64,000 nt of DNA from the IMG/VR virus record IMGVR_UViG_3300048672_000970, positions 32,001-96,000 of that record. The stretch is one strand, 5' to 3'. Origin of the DNA: a virus. Taxonomy: Duplodnaviria; Caudoviricetes. Shown in pieces: positions 26,953-36,810 of this stretch; within the stretch, counting starts at the first letter, position 1; every line of letters starts with the position of its first letter. The position numbers and the translations under genes were made by a program. The notes beneath the pieces are model-generated. The model did not search any database. It had not been told where the DNA came from and saw only the letters and a list, made by a program, of their open reading frames with translations.

Positions 26953-28556
26953 AACTCACTCCGCAAATCCCTAATTCTAGCCATCCATCCCGACAGAAAT
27001 CTAGCTCTATCCGGATTACTTTTGACAATATCTGCATAGGCAGTTACGCGGGCATCGTACAATCGGTTCAATGCGTTAAGCTCATCCGTCGATGATGAGT
27101 TAGCGGCAATTTCCGCATTTGCTTCCCTCAAAATCTTTAAGCCACGTTCCACGCCATGATTGACACATGCATCAAAATGGAATACAGCAATTTTAGGAGG
27201 TAACGTATCACATTTACCTTTCAACCAATACAGATTGAAATAACGTTTCTTCGCATCATCCAATACTAAGTTAGTAATGTCCATATCAGGATTGGCATGT
27301 TTAGCTACCCCAAATTTTACTTCTCCATCAGGGATAGCTGGTGATTTTTGATAGCCGACATTCTTCCTATCGAACAAAGTAGATATCGACCCTGAGATAA
27401 CGGACGGTAACGTCGGATTCCAAAACTGTCCAACTTCATATTTCATAATCTGATTGAACGCAGTATCGAAAGGTGAGTTGGCAGGTGGTGTTAAATTTTG
27501 ATTGGAAGTATCTGGTGGATAATTGGAAAACGCTTCGCAAGCATCCATTCTCGCTTTAATCTCAGCTTCAGATAAAGCTGCATTTGAATTCTGATTCTGT
27601 ATCGAGTTCAAATCTGCTGAATTATCTTCATTTGTTTTGTTAGCGACATTCAACGACCCACGGATATATGGTAACGGGTCGATTTTAACGCCGTTCGGAA
27701 GCATTAGTTCAAAATGCAAATGATTGCCAAATGACCCACCCGTATTCCCTTCCAAACCAATTTTTTGATTGGCAGGAACATACTGCCCAACTTGCACATA
27801 AATTTTAGCCAAGTGAGCATAACGGGTTGAGCAAAGGACGTTACCCGATGAGCCAACATGCTCAATATCGACATAGTACCCGTAGCCACCAGACGGATTC
27901 CCTCCAGCAAACGTCACTTTTCCATCACAAGCGCAAATGACATCTGTGGTTTTATTTCCATTCAGTGCCAAATCAATTCCATAGTGAAATCTAGGAACTT
28001 GCTGGTCTGCTGGTTTTGATTTATCAGACGGATGAAGTCGCATGCCAAACTTTGAAGTGACAACTGCGCCCGGTAACGGACAAATCAAATGAATACTTTT
28101 GTTATCTGCTCCGTCTGAACTGCAGAAATTGAACGTGCGCATGTCAATAACTTCATTTGAAGCAGAGTACGCTTTCACTTTCAGCTTATAGATTTTACCA
28201 TAGGTGGCAGGGTCTAATGTCCCGTCGAGCAATCCATCTGATAAAAAAGTTAGGCCGGCAAATGAAGTGACAATCTGATTGCTCAGTACCAATTCCCAAT
28301 GGTCGGCAGGATTTGACCCTTCAGTTAATTTGAATTGAACATGGACTAACCCTCCTTTTGAAATGGGGATAGTTGTGTTGTCAATCCGTCCATCTGGGTA
28401 GTCGGTGTACTGGTCATGAACACCTTCCAAATTACCAGCTCGTTTCACATAGCAATCCAAGTTTTCACCCATTCGGTAAGCATGATTGTTTCCGTTCGAA
28501 TCGGCATTACTAGCTGAACCAGCGAACACGGACGGAGTAGGTGGGCAACAACTCAT
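26949..28556 (-). CDS. tail-associated lysin: M23 peptidase + GH108-like lysozyme/PG-binding
   Basis: HYGIDL, YAHL, HLHFE (M23); KYEVG, GEVKFGV, FDACVNHG, RFLSGWMAR (GH108). Confidence 0.85.
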   Translation of the reverse strand: MSCCPPTPSVFAGSASNADSNGNNHAYRMGENLDCYVKRAGNLEGVHDQYTDYPDGRIDNTTIPISKGGLVHVQFKLTEGSNPADHWELVLSNQIVTSFAGLTFLSDGLLDGTLDPATYGKIYKLKVKAYSASNEVIDMRTFNFCSSDGADNKSIHLICPLPGAVVTSKFGMRLHPSDKSKPADQQVPRFHYGIDLALNGNKTTDVICACDGKVTFAGGNPSGGYGYYVDIEHVGSSGNVLCSTRYAHLAKIYVQVGQYVPANQKIGLEGNTGGSFGNHLHFELMLPNGVKIDPLPYIRGSLNVANKTNEDNSADLNSIQNQNSNAALSEAEIKARMDACEAFSNYPPDTSNQNLTPPANSPFDTAFNQIMKYEVGQFWNPTLPSVISGSISTLFDRKNVGYQKSPAIPDGEVKFGVAKHANPDMDITNLVLDDAKKRYFNLYWLKGKCDTLPPKIAVFHFDACVNHGVERGLKILREANAEIAANSSSTDELNALNRLYDARVTAYADIVKSNPDRARFLSGWMARIRDLRSEL

Positions 28557-28589
28557 TAGATAACTCAGTTCTTCAAACCAGTATTTATG

Positions 28590-29480
28590 AACCGCATACC
28601 CATTGACTAACTTAACCTCAGCCCTTACAGGGCTTCAGTAGTCAGGCAGTTCTTTCGCACCTTGAGCCTACCGGCCACAAGCTGACTCACGCCACAGCCC
28701 GACTAAGCTTTTCTGTGAGCCAATCAACTAAGCAACCCACCCAAGCTCTTTCTGCTCAGTTCTTCAGCTCATTTGTAAAATACCCTTAGGTGACAAATAA
28801 GGAATTGACTTGTAAGGGGCTTAAACGGGCGTTAGGGCCGATTTCATCTGTTGGGCTACCTAGGTAGCTACCATCCCTTCTAATCGCTCTACGGCCCGTT
28901 TAATCGATGACTAACATCTGTTTGTTAACCTATCTGTACTCATAACCTAAGCCCAAAAAGGGCTTAGGTGGTTGGTTCTTCCGTCTCGCGTTTGAGCCTT
29001 CCGGCATCAAGCCGACTCGCTACAGAACCAACCAAGCTTTTCTGTGAGCTAACCAATCAAGCCCACCTACCAAGCTCTCTCCACTCATTTGAGAAATACC
29101 TATAGGTGACAAATAAGCGAATGTGGCTAGAACGCGTTTAACGGCCGTTACAGCCGTTTTCATCAATCAGGCTACATGGGTAGCCAACTGGTCTACGAAC
29201 GGGCTAACAGCCGTTAAACGAATCAGTTGGAACCCAACACGCACAGCTAACTGAACTACGGAACCGGCTTTCTCTGATCGGAATCAACCAACTGACTGAC
29301 TGACTGACTGACTGACTGACTGACCTACCGGCTTTTTCTATCCAATTCCAGTGAAACTGCTTTAGGTGACAAATAAGGAAATACCTCTAGAACACGTTTA
29401 ACGGCCGTTACAGCCGATTTCACTCTTTAGGCTACCCATGCACCAACCCACTCATCAAATCGCCTACAGCTCGATTTAAG
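28590..29480 (-). repeat. non-coding repeat block B, inverted homolog of block A (3 units)
   Basis: TAGGTGACAAATAAG within 28783-28801, 29099-29117 and 29359-29377; (ACTG)8 at 29291; long reverse-complement matches to A. Confidence 0.9.
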
Positions 29481-29499
29481 CCCGAGTAAATACGGTTTT

Positions 29500-29943
29500 A
29501 TGACCCTTCCCATGAGACTGTTCTTCATCATCCTTTCATTTCTCTGTTCATCCACATATGCTGATACATTGGGCATCCATGCATGGTCACATCACACGCC
29601 ATCCAACTCCAATCAGAACAATGCCAATTTCGGGTTGTATTGGCAAACAGGGCAGTATGAGATTGGATATTACAAAAATACGTTAAGAAGGAATTCGTTC
29701 TATGCTGGGTACAGATATCAGTATCAAGGAATTGATTTCATCGTTGGGGGCATCACTGGCTACAAACGTGAACATTGCCAGTGTGAGATAGATGGGTTTT
29801 CGCCGTGGGTCATCTCACCAATCATCGTCCCCTCAAAGGTATTCACCTTTCAAAATTTTTCAATGCGGGTGTCCGTAGTGCCCAACTTTTCGCCGTTCTC
29901 GCCAATAGGAGTTATTCACTCGTCAATAGAAATTCCGTTTTGA
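29500..29943 (+). CDS. outer-membrane beta-barrel protein, PagP-like
   Basis: signal peptide, HAWSHH, NNANFGLY, GYYKNTLRRNSFYAGY, GGITGY, terminal Phe; start may be 29512. Confidence 0.55.
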   Translation: MTLPMRLFFIILSFLCSSTYADTLGIHAWSHHTPSNSNQNNANFGLYWQTGQYEIGYYKNTLRRNSFYAGYRYQYQGIDFIVGGITGYKREHCQCEIDGFSPWVISPIIVPSKVFTFQNFSMRVSVVPNFSPFSPIGVIHSSIEIPF

Positions 29944-29984
29944 TGTGTGGTATCATTACATCTTAAAGAGAAAAAGGATATCAA

Positions 29985-30419
29985 ATGAATGCTTATGTCA
30001 AAACCGTCCCGCACATTGCTGCCCGCATCAAAGCAGGCGCATCTGCTTATGAAGTCAGGGAAGAATTTTTACCTGAAGCACTGGACATGTATCGTGAGGA
30101 ATATACGCGCGTCATCCTGAAAGGTTATGATGGACTGTGTGCCGCCTATAAGCAACTGTGCATCAGTGAAGGCGATGTTTTTTCATCCGAAGATTTTGTC
30201 AAGTATCTACTGGTCACTTATAACGTCTGCCCGAAAGTGTTCAAGGATATGATTCACGAAGACGAGACTTTTGCCAAGCATAAGAAGCTGATTGACCGAG
30301 TGTTGAGCAAGTATTCAGTTCAATTACTGGACGATGGCATTTATGAAAATCGCATGGACATGTTCTGGCTGCAGCGTCAAGTGCAGATGATACGCGCCGT
30401 TTTTAACGTCCATACGTAA
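29985..30419 (+). CDS. hypothetical protein
   Basis: AAGGA SD. Confidence 0.7.
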   Translation: MNAYVKTVPHIAARIKAGASAYEVREEFLPEALDMYREEYTRVILKGYDGLCAAYKQLCISEGDVFSSEDFVKYLLVTYNVCPKVFKDMIHEDETFAKHKKLIDRVLSKYSVQLLDDGIYENRMDMFWLQRQVQMIRAVFNVHT

Positions 30420-30424
30420 CCGAA

Positions 30425-30475
30425 TGTAACAGTGGTTGACGAGGGTTGTTGATAGGTTCACAATTCATTCCATCG
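30425..30475 (+). promoter_or_regulatory. phage early promoter (TGTAAC / -35 / -10 / CATC)
   Basis: TGTAAC..TTGACG-17-CACAAT-TCATTCCATC; same design recurs more than 10 times. Confidence 0.7.
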
Positions 30476-30496
30476 ACACCCACCCGGTAATTTCAA

Positions 30497-30892
30497 ATGC
30501 AAATCGAACTTGCATCCCTCGTTAGCTTTTGCAATCCCGTTTTCCTTTACGTTGAGGCCGGCAATCTTGAAACCCTTCGGGAAAGAGTTGCTGAAGCAAA
30601 TTCATCCGAAGGCGCCATTCCTTATTCTGCAATGGTGCCTATTCAAAAACATGAACAATATAACCATTTCGCCCGCATCAAATGGCTGATGGAAAATGGG
30701 TGGCAAGAACCCATTTCAATTGAGGTTGGTATTCCTAGTCTGGGGTTCGTTCCGGAATGGATGATTGACGATGGGAATCATCGAACAGCCGCAGCCATGC
30801 TGATGGGCCGGGAAACGATTGAAGTTGAGTTCAGCGGGTCAGTAGCCTATTTTGAAGAATTGTTCAAGCCAGAAAAAAGTAACATCGGTTGA
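30497..30892 (+). CDS. ParB/Srx-like domain protein
   Basis: EPISIEV...WMIDDGNHRTAAAMLMG. Confidence 0.7.
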   Translation: MQIELASLVSFCNPVFLYVEAGNLETLRERVAEANSSEGAIPYSAMVPIQKHEQYNHFARIKWLMENGWQEPISIEVGIPSLGFVPEWMIDDGNHRTAAAMLMGRETIEVEFSGSVAYFEELFKPEKSNIG

Positions 30893-30930
30893 CAGAATTT
30901 GGGATGGACGTTAAAATCCATCCCATCAAC
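30889..30930 (+). promoter_or_regulatory. early promoter with palindrome around -10
   Basis: TTGACA-17-TAAAAT; TGGGATGGA/TCCATCCCA inverted repeat; near-identical copies at 31397 and 32076. Confidence 0.7.
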
Positions 30931-30947
30931 TTACAGGAGAAATTGAA

Positions 30948-31400
30948 ATGTTTATTCCGATTGGTGAATCACGCACACTGCCGACATGTGGTGGTGGCTC
31001 TATTACCATTCGTCCCATTGCTGAAGTCGGTGGGTGTGTCGGGTGCGTTTTTAACAAATGCAATCGTGAAGATGGTCTGGAATGTACAAAAGCAGTCGTT
31101 CTGATTGGAGACGTGCCGCTCTGCAGCTCTGCTCATCCTCTACCCCTGCACCGCCGCACCGATTCGCAGTCGGTAATTTTTATTGAAACTGATGGTAGCG
31201 ACCCTAACAGTGGAAAAAAGTTTCGGGTGCAAGAGCATGTCCCCGACACCTACTTTTTTGTGTGGTTGGATGGTGAAGCCAAAACCTTTACTGGTAGTCG
31301 AGAACAATGCTATGAACGATACCAACAAATCTCGGCAGAAGGGAAGCAAATTCTTCATGAACTGACCAACATCACTTGGTTGTTTAGTAACAAAGGTTGA
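30948..31400 (+). CDS. Cys-rich paralog family protein
   Basis: CVGCVF..C..C...R.D..VIF. Confidence 0.7.
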   Translation: MFIPIGESRTLPTCGGGSITIRPIAEVGGCVGCVFNKCNREDGLECTKAVVLIGDVPLCSSAHPLPLHRRTDSQSVIFIETDGSDPNSGKKFRVQEHVPDTYFFVWLDGEAKTFTGSREQCYERYQQISAEGKQILHELTNITWLFSNKG

Positions 31401-31457
31401 CAGAATTTGGGGGTGGACGATAAAATCCATTCCATCAACTTTTATTTGGAGTGAAAC

Positions 31458-32063
31458 ATGATTGATTTAGCTATTGGTGAAATTGCAACGATGGTGTTGG
31501 ATGGGGAACAAATTACATACACCGCTCAACTAGCGGGTGTTGGTTGTGATGGTTGTCTTTTCACGAAGACAACCGCTGATGGCGGGATCGGATACGCTAG
31601 TGCCGCCGCTGAAACCAAATGTAAAACCCATGCCTGCGACCATCTTGCGCGGCCTGATGAACGGCCAGTGATTTTTGTTCGCACCACTCCAAAACAGGAA
31701 CAACTCATTTCAACCCAATCACCGACTCTGCTGGAAATTGTCCGCCGTATGATTGTAGGTGAAACTTCTGACACCATTGGCTATCAGATTCAATATGACC
31801 TGGGAAGTGAACCTCTTGTATTCACTAGCTGGGATATGGTGACATACCAAAATCAAATCATGGTTCACGCCATCAGCGGCAAAATCGACTCTGATTGGAA
31901 AGTTGTTCCTGTTAAGAAAACAATTTTCTATTTCAGCTATCAGCAAACACAGGATTCTGAACCGATTTTCTTTCACGGTTCAGAAAATGACTGCGTAGCC
32001 AAACGAACTGAGGTGGTGATGACTAATGCTGTAATTATCAAAGGCATCACCAAGTTGAAGTAA
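31458..32063 (+). CDS. Cys-rich paralog family protein
   Basis: CDGCLF..C..C...RPD..VIF. Confidence 0.7.
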   Translation: MIDLAIGEIATMVLDGEQITYTAQLAGVGCDGCLFTKTTADGGIGYASAAAETKCKTHACDHLARPDERPVIFVRTTPKQEQLISTQSPTLLEIVRRMIVGETSDTIGYQIQYDLGSEPLVFTSWDMVTYQNQIMVHAISGKIDSDWKVVPVKKTIFYFSYQQTQDSEPIFFHGSENDCVAKRTEVVMTNAVIIKGITKLK

Positions 32064-32140
32064 ATGTAACACCGGTTGACAGAATTGGGGATGGACGTTA
32101 AAAAACCATCCTATCAAAGTTATCTTTCAATGGAACTAAA

Positions 32141-32542
32141 ATGTTCATCACCAATCTGCCGCAAATCGAGGTTGTAAACGGCAACCATCCTGATGCCGAT
32201 ATTTTGATTCAGATTGCCGATCCTGATGTCAAAGCATTCGTCAATCCCGCAAAGCATTTCCGCGAGATTCATCAGTTTCAATTTTGGGATGCGGAAAACG
32301 ATACCCCTGTTCCTGGGGATGAAAAGTTTTCTGTTCGCCAAGCAGAAATCATTGTGGGTGTTCTTCAGTCGGCACTTGAGCGTGAAAAGAATGTTGTGGT
32401 TCACTGTCACGCTGGGCGTTGCCGAAGCGGTGCAGTGGTTGAGGTTGCGGAAATGATGGGGTTCAAGCCGCTGCATAACAATCGTCAACCGAATGTGCGG
32501 GTCAAGACGATGCTGATGCGCGAACTTGGCTGGTACTATTAA
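32141..32542 (+). CDS. dual-specificity/tyrosine phosphatase-like protein
   Basis: HCHAGRCRS CX5R active site. Confidence 0.85.
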   Translation: MFITNLPQIEVVNGNHPDADILIQIADPDVKAFVNPAKHFREIHQFQFWDAENDTPVPGDEKFSVRQAEIIVGVLQSALEREKNVVVHCHAGRCRSGAVVEVAEMMGFKPLHNNRQPNVRVKTMLMRELGWYY

Positions 32543-32555
32543 CTAGGAGAAACAA

Positions 32556-32975
32556 ATGAATGGACTTGAAACTGTGAAGGCATACATTGATGCTCATCAT
32601 GTGCTCGAAAAAGCAGAAAACGCAATCCGCGCATACGCGCGGCAGCAAATTGACATTACCGTTTCCGTACTGAATGACGTTGGTATGCCGCAAGAAATGC
32701 CGCAAGACTATGCGTGGCTGGCATATAGATTTTTCGATTACTTTGAAGTGACTTTTTCAGATGGGATTATCAGTGTTGAACTATGGTCGCGCGGCCAACC
32801 TGATGAAAAGATGCGCGAGTTTGACCTTGATGCCGATATTCTGGATGATCACCCAGAAAAGTTTGAGCAACGACTCCGAAATGAGCTTCAGAGGGCAATT
32901 GAGCAAAAGGCTGTAAATGACCGTCAACGGATTCAGAACGAAATCGACCGCCTTCAAAATTTACTAAAGGATTAA
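32556..32975 (+). CDS. hypothetical, LD.DI..G.F paralog family
   Basis: DLDADILDDHPEKFEQRLR. Confidence 0.7.
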   Translation: MNGLETVKAYIDAHHVLEKAENAIRAYARQQIDITVSVLNDVGMPQEMPQDYAWLAYRFFDYFEVTFSDGIISVELWSRGQPDEKMREFDLDADILDDHPEKFEQRLRNELQRAIEQKAVNDRQRIQNEIDRLQNLLKD

Positions 32976-32979
32976 AAAA

Positions 32980-33414
32980 ATGACCTATCTGCACCTAAAT
33001 GTCAGCAAGTTCACCTGGGAAACCAGACAAGCTGACCCATATGTTCGATATGATCGCGCTGACACGGTTACGCAATGGGACGTGCACGGTATTTCTCTGT
33101 CCGATAAGGATGGAGAGTACGCGCTTCCCGTAGATTTTCCTGTTCAGGTGGGTGATAAAGTTTATGTCGTCTATGCCATTTATAGCAGTGGCGACACATT
33201 TCATCGAGATGTGTCTTCTAACTTTGAAGTGATTTCATTCCATAAAAATTATGACATCGCCATGAAAAATCAGGAAGCTCTACAAGAACTGCACAAAAAT
33301 GCGCAAATGCAAATCGAGTATGACTCTGGTGCAGTCGTTAAGCGATATTGCCCGTGGGATGGCTATTTTGAAAGCCTTGACAATGTGATTGTCGAAGTGT
33401 ACACGGTTGACTAA
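32980..33414 (+). CDS. hypothetical protein
   Basis: AAGGA SD. Confidence 0.7.
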   Translation: MTYLHLNVSKFTWETRQADPYVRYDRADTVTQWDVHGISLSDKDGEYALPVDFPVQVGDKVYVVYAIYSSGDTFHRDVSSNFEVISFHKNYDIAMKNQEALQELHKNAQMQIEYDSGAVVKRYCPWDGYFESLDNVIVEVYTVD

Positions 33415-33483
33415 AGTGTAACAGTGCTGTACTTCCATGATAGATGGATGTACAATTGATCTATCAACTAATGGAGAATTTTC

Positions 33484-33788
33484 ATGAATATCCCGAATCA
33501 CCTACACCAAGAAATCATGGCAGCGTATGCTGAAATGTTGGATGAATGCCGCGGCGCGGCTCAAGAACTGTGCAACGATGCCTTTTCACAAAAAGTGAAA
33601 AAGTGGGAACAAGTTTTTGAACAGGCTTTATTGACCCCGAGTGATACTGAATTGGCCTAAATTTGTATAAAGTTTTACCGTTCTCTCGATCAGCTAATGA
33701 AGAATGACTTTTGGAAGGTTGAACCTTTCATTCTGCAAATGTAACGGTTGTTGACGCTGATGGAAGAACAACTTACGATTCTTCCATA
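33484..33788 (+). pseudogene. degraded early gene (frameshift near 33657, internal TAA near 33742)
   Basis: MNIPNHL...ELA* continues in a shifted frame NLYKFYRSL...QM*RLLTLMEEQLTILP*. Confidence 0.5.
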
Positions 33789-33803
33789 AAACTGGAGTAA
33801 AAA

Positions 33804-34274
33804 ATGAGCAAGTTTAAGCTGAAGATGTCACCTCACACAGTCGGTCAAAAGCCGACTGATGAGAATTTCCTGGATTTCGGTGTGTATCGCACCAAGGAAT
33901 CGATTGTGAATACATTGTGTTCACGCCTTTGGGGCGAGTTTATTGGGTTTAGTAGTGACCGCCACTACAGCAATGTTATTTCATTTAGCGTGGATGGCGA
34001 GCGAGTTGTTCGTGTCTACTCGCTCGAAAAGCATCGTCGGAAGATGAAGGAAATTACCCCACGCGTTCTGACAAAAGATGAAAAGCGTAAATTCAATACG
34101 ACTGACCGTTCTGCACGAATGACCCGTGAAGCGGTTGTTTCCAGAACTTACTGGACAGCGGTGTACTACGATATTCCTGAAAGAGTGTTGAAGTTTTTCA
34201 ACATTCGAGTTGAACAAGGTAATCGCACTTTTACCATTAAGAAACCTGTAAGGATACATCATGCAATCTTTTGA
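33804..34274 (+). CDS. hypothetical basic protein
   Basis: GGAG SD. Confidence 0.7.
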   Translation: MSKFKLKMSPHTVGQKPTDENFLDFGVYRTKESIVNTLCSRLWGEFIGFSSDRHYSNVISFSVDGERVVRVYSLEKHRRKMKEITPRVLTKDEKRKFNTTDRSARMTREAVVSRTYWTAVYYDIPERVLKFFNIRVEQGNRTFTIKKPVRIHHAIF

Positions 34275-34836
34275 AAATGGAAAAAGCCCGTATGTGGTGG
34301 GTGAGGTTGGCACTGTCGGGGATGTTATGCTGCGGGTTGAAAAATCTTCGGAATATTCTTGTAACGGGTGCTATTTTGACCAAGCAGACGACGGTAGATG
34401 TCTTCGCCCACTCTCAGTCAGATCATGTTCAGGGCAATACAATAAAGGAACTTACGTTAAGTTCATTCAAATTTTTGAGGAACCGAAAAGTGAGCAGGTT
34501 TCTGCTGAAGCAGTTCTCAAGCGGATTGCCGCTGAAATTATTTCCCCGAATGGCGGTGATAGCATCCTAAATCACTATCACCTAGAGTTCCATGATTCGG
34601 GTAGTAATTCATACTGCCTCATTAACGACCTTAGTAAAATGGACGTGAGTCTACTTGCCAATGTGGTAGCATACGGTTTCAAACCTTCACAATGGACGGT
34701 GATTCCTGTCGATGACCATTACATCGTGTTCATGCAAGGTAACAATGTTCAAACTATTCGTGGCACTTTTGCGCAGTGTGAGAGTGCAGCGAAAGATAAG
34801 CTCATTCTGCATGGCCCAATCCAAATTCCGAAGTGA
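34261..34836 (+). CDS. Cys-rich paralog family protein
   Basis: CNGCYF..C..C...VKF. Confidence 0.7.
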   Translation: MQSFENGKSPYVVGEVGTVGDVMLRVEKSSEYSCNGCYFDQADDGRCLRPLSVRSCSGQYNKGTYVKFIQIFEEPKSEQVSAEAVLKRIAAEIISPNGGDSILNHYHLEFHDSGSNSYCLINDLSKMDVSLLANVVAYGFKPSQWTVIPVDDHYIVFMQGNNVQTIRGTFAQCESAAKDKLILHGPIQIPK

Positions 34837-34909
34837 TTAAGTGTAACAGTGATGTACTTTCTTGATAGGTGGATGTACAATTCATCTATCAACTTTCAAA
34901 GGATGCCGC

Positions 34910-35161
34910 ATGAAGTTCTTCGCAATCCAGCATAGTCAACAGCCTGAACTGTTCCTGTGTTTCAATAGTGAATTTGGATACGGCTCTTGGCAGCCTATGT
35001 TCGATTTCACTTCTTGTCGTATTGGTGAAACGTTTGAAAATGTTGAAGATGCCAAAAGGCATTTGGAGATGGTTCGTGGGTTGAAGTTGAGAGACAGTCA
35101 ATTTGCAAAAATTGTCAGCATTGATGTTGCCATCAATGTGCAAGTTTCTGAACTGGAATGA
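34910..35161 (+). CDS. small paralog family protein (MKFFAI)
   Basis: early promoter TGTACT-17-TACAAT and AAGGA SD. Confidence 0.65.
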   Translation: MKFFAIQHSQQPELFLCFNSEFGYGSWQPMFDFTSCRIGETFENVEDAKRHLEMVRGLKLRDSQFAKIVSIDVAINVQVSELE

Positions 35162-35201
35162 TTGGTTATACGTGTATTGACCTGAACAAAGGACTTTCAA
35201 A

Positions 35202-35558
35202 ATGATGCAAACTGTTAACACGCGGCTTGACACTTCTAACTGCAAGGGATGGAGCGACGAGAGTCGTTATGAGGAACTGTATAAAATCCTTGGACTCGAC
35301 CTACTTCGAGTCAAAAGCGTGCCACAAATCGGCACCGTTATGGTACTTGACCAAAGCACCATCCGCCCGACCCGATGGGAACAGGTGATGAAACGTGTCA
35401 AAAAAGACTACCCAAATGCAGACACCCACCGTGTCAAACTTGAGTTGACACTGCTGTCTATTGAACAACGGATTTTTTCTCCGTTTGATAATTCGATTTG
35501 TGATCTGGAGCTTGATGAAGCGATGACGCTGGTGTTCAAGATGGACATCAAATTTTAG
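35202..35558 (+). CDS. hypothetical protein
   Basis: AAGGA SD. Confidence 0.65.
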   Translation: MMQTVNTRLDTSNCKGWSDESRYEELYKILGLDLLRVKSVPQIGTVMVLDQSTIRPTRWEQVMKRVKKDYPNADTHRVKLELTLLSIEQRIFSPFDNSICDLELDEAMTLVFKMDIKF

Positions 35559-35577
35559 GATTGACAAAGGAACTAAC

Positions 35578-35763
35578 ATGAAATTCCTTCAAATGCTTGC
35601 TTCGCCGTGGCTTGCCCTTTACATCCGAATTCGCTACGGCTCAACCCCTGGTCTTGCATATGGCTTTGCAACCGTGATGAACTGGTTCATCGCCATCATG
35701 GAAATCGTTGCCGTCTGTGGCATTTATGCCGCCTACTCTTTCATTTCGTACATCGTTCGTTAA
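35578..35763 (+). CDS. small membrane protein
   Basis: AAGGA SD, hydrophobic. Confidence 0.6.
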   Translation: MKFLQMLASPWLALYIRIRYGSTPGLAYGFATVMNWFIAIMEIVAVCGIYAAYSFISYIVR

Positions 35764-35774
35764 GGAGAACTCTC

Positions 35775-35900
35775 ATGCAAACTGGAAAGACCATCATCAA
35801 GACTGAAAAGACGAAGGTTCGTAAGGAACCTAATAAGAAGGTTCAGAAGTGGGTTCGCAACAGCAACAAGCGTAACTTTGACATCAAAAAGCTGAGTTAA
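35775..35900 (+). CDS. small basic peptide
   Basis: AAGGAG SD; MQTGKTIIKTEK... Confidence 0.55.
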   Translation: MQTGKTIIKTEKTKVRKEPNKKVQKWVRNSNKRNFDIKKLS

Positions 35901-35945
35901 ACCACGGGGCATTAAATGACGCCCTCAATCATTTAAGGACTTAAC

Positions 35946-36671
35946 ATGTCTTTCGGACAGACTTTCAAGGATTTCGTTGCTAATGGCATCCTCACGCCTG
36001 CCATTAAAACTAATAATCTTCCGCCCGCATTCATTAGCATCCTGGACGCTTTGGCGGAAAAGGCGGAAGCGATGCGACCAATTAATGTCCCAGCCATCAC
36101 GGTTTATGAAAAAGATGGCGTCTACTTTGTCAAATGGGTTACCTACTGGTTCACTAACGACCCACGGTTTCCCGGTATGGAACTTCCAGTGCATATTCTG
36201 GATTATCCCGATGAGCAGATTGTTGCGGCCTATGAAAAGTGGCTAATTGAACAGCGCCAAAAGCAATTGCTTGCTGGAATCCGTGAACTACAAACAGAGT
36301 TCACAGCTCTCAAAGCGTGGCGAGAGGAACTGCAAAACCTTCTCACTACTGCACTGTCTGATGAGCAGAAACGCCAGCTCATGATTGCCGCCAATTCCAC
36401 CGCCATGAATGGCGCGTCAAATCGTGTTCTGCCGAATAGCCAAGAAATCATGCAAATCATTCGTGACCGTTTTTCAGAAGAAGAATGCAAAAACAATCTT
36501 CGTCTATTTCGTGGTTCAGAAGTTATGGGCGTCTACTGGCCGGGCAAGGTTACGGACTATAGTGGAAATTATCATCGTCCAGACTGCATCACGGTTGAAT
36601 ACACTTCTCTTGATGATTCAGAAGAAGATATGTGGCGTCACATTTATAAGCAACTGGAAATTGAGGTTTAA
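35946..36671 (+). CDS. hypothetical protein with central coiled coil
   Basis: AAGGA SD. Confidence 0.7.
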   Translation: MSFGQTFKDFVANGILTPAIKTNNLPPAFISILDALAEKAEAMRPINVPAITVYEKDGVYFVKWVTYWFTNDPRFPGMELPVHILDYPDEQIVAAYEKWLIEQRQKQLLAGIRELQTEFTALKAWREELQNLLTTALSDEQKRQLMIAANSTAMNGASNRVLPNSQEIMQIIRDRFSEEECKNNLRLFRGSEVMGVYWPGKVTDYSGNYHRPDCITVEYTSLDDSEEDMWRHIYKQLEIEV

Positions 36672-36810
36672 CATGAGCAAAATAGTAGAGTTGAAAATCA
36701 GTATTGAGAAGTTTGCTAAGAAGCTTCAGCGCAAGCACAATGTAACAACAGTTGACACGGTGTTGACCTTCAGTTAAACTAGCGACTTCAAACTTAAAGG
36801 AGTATGTGAA

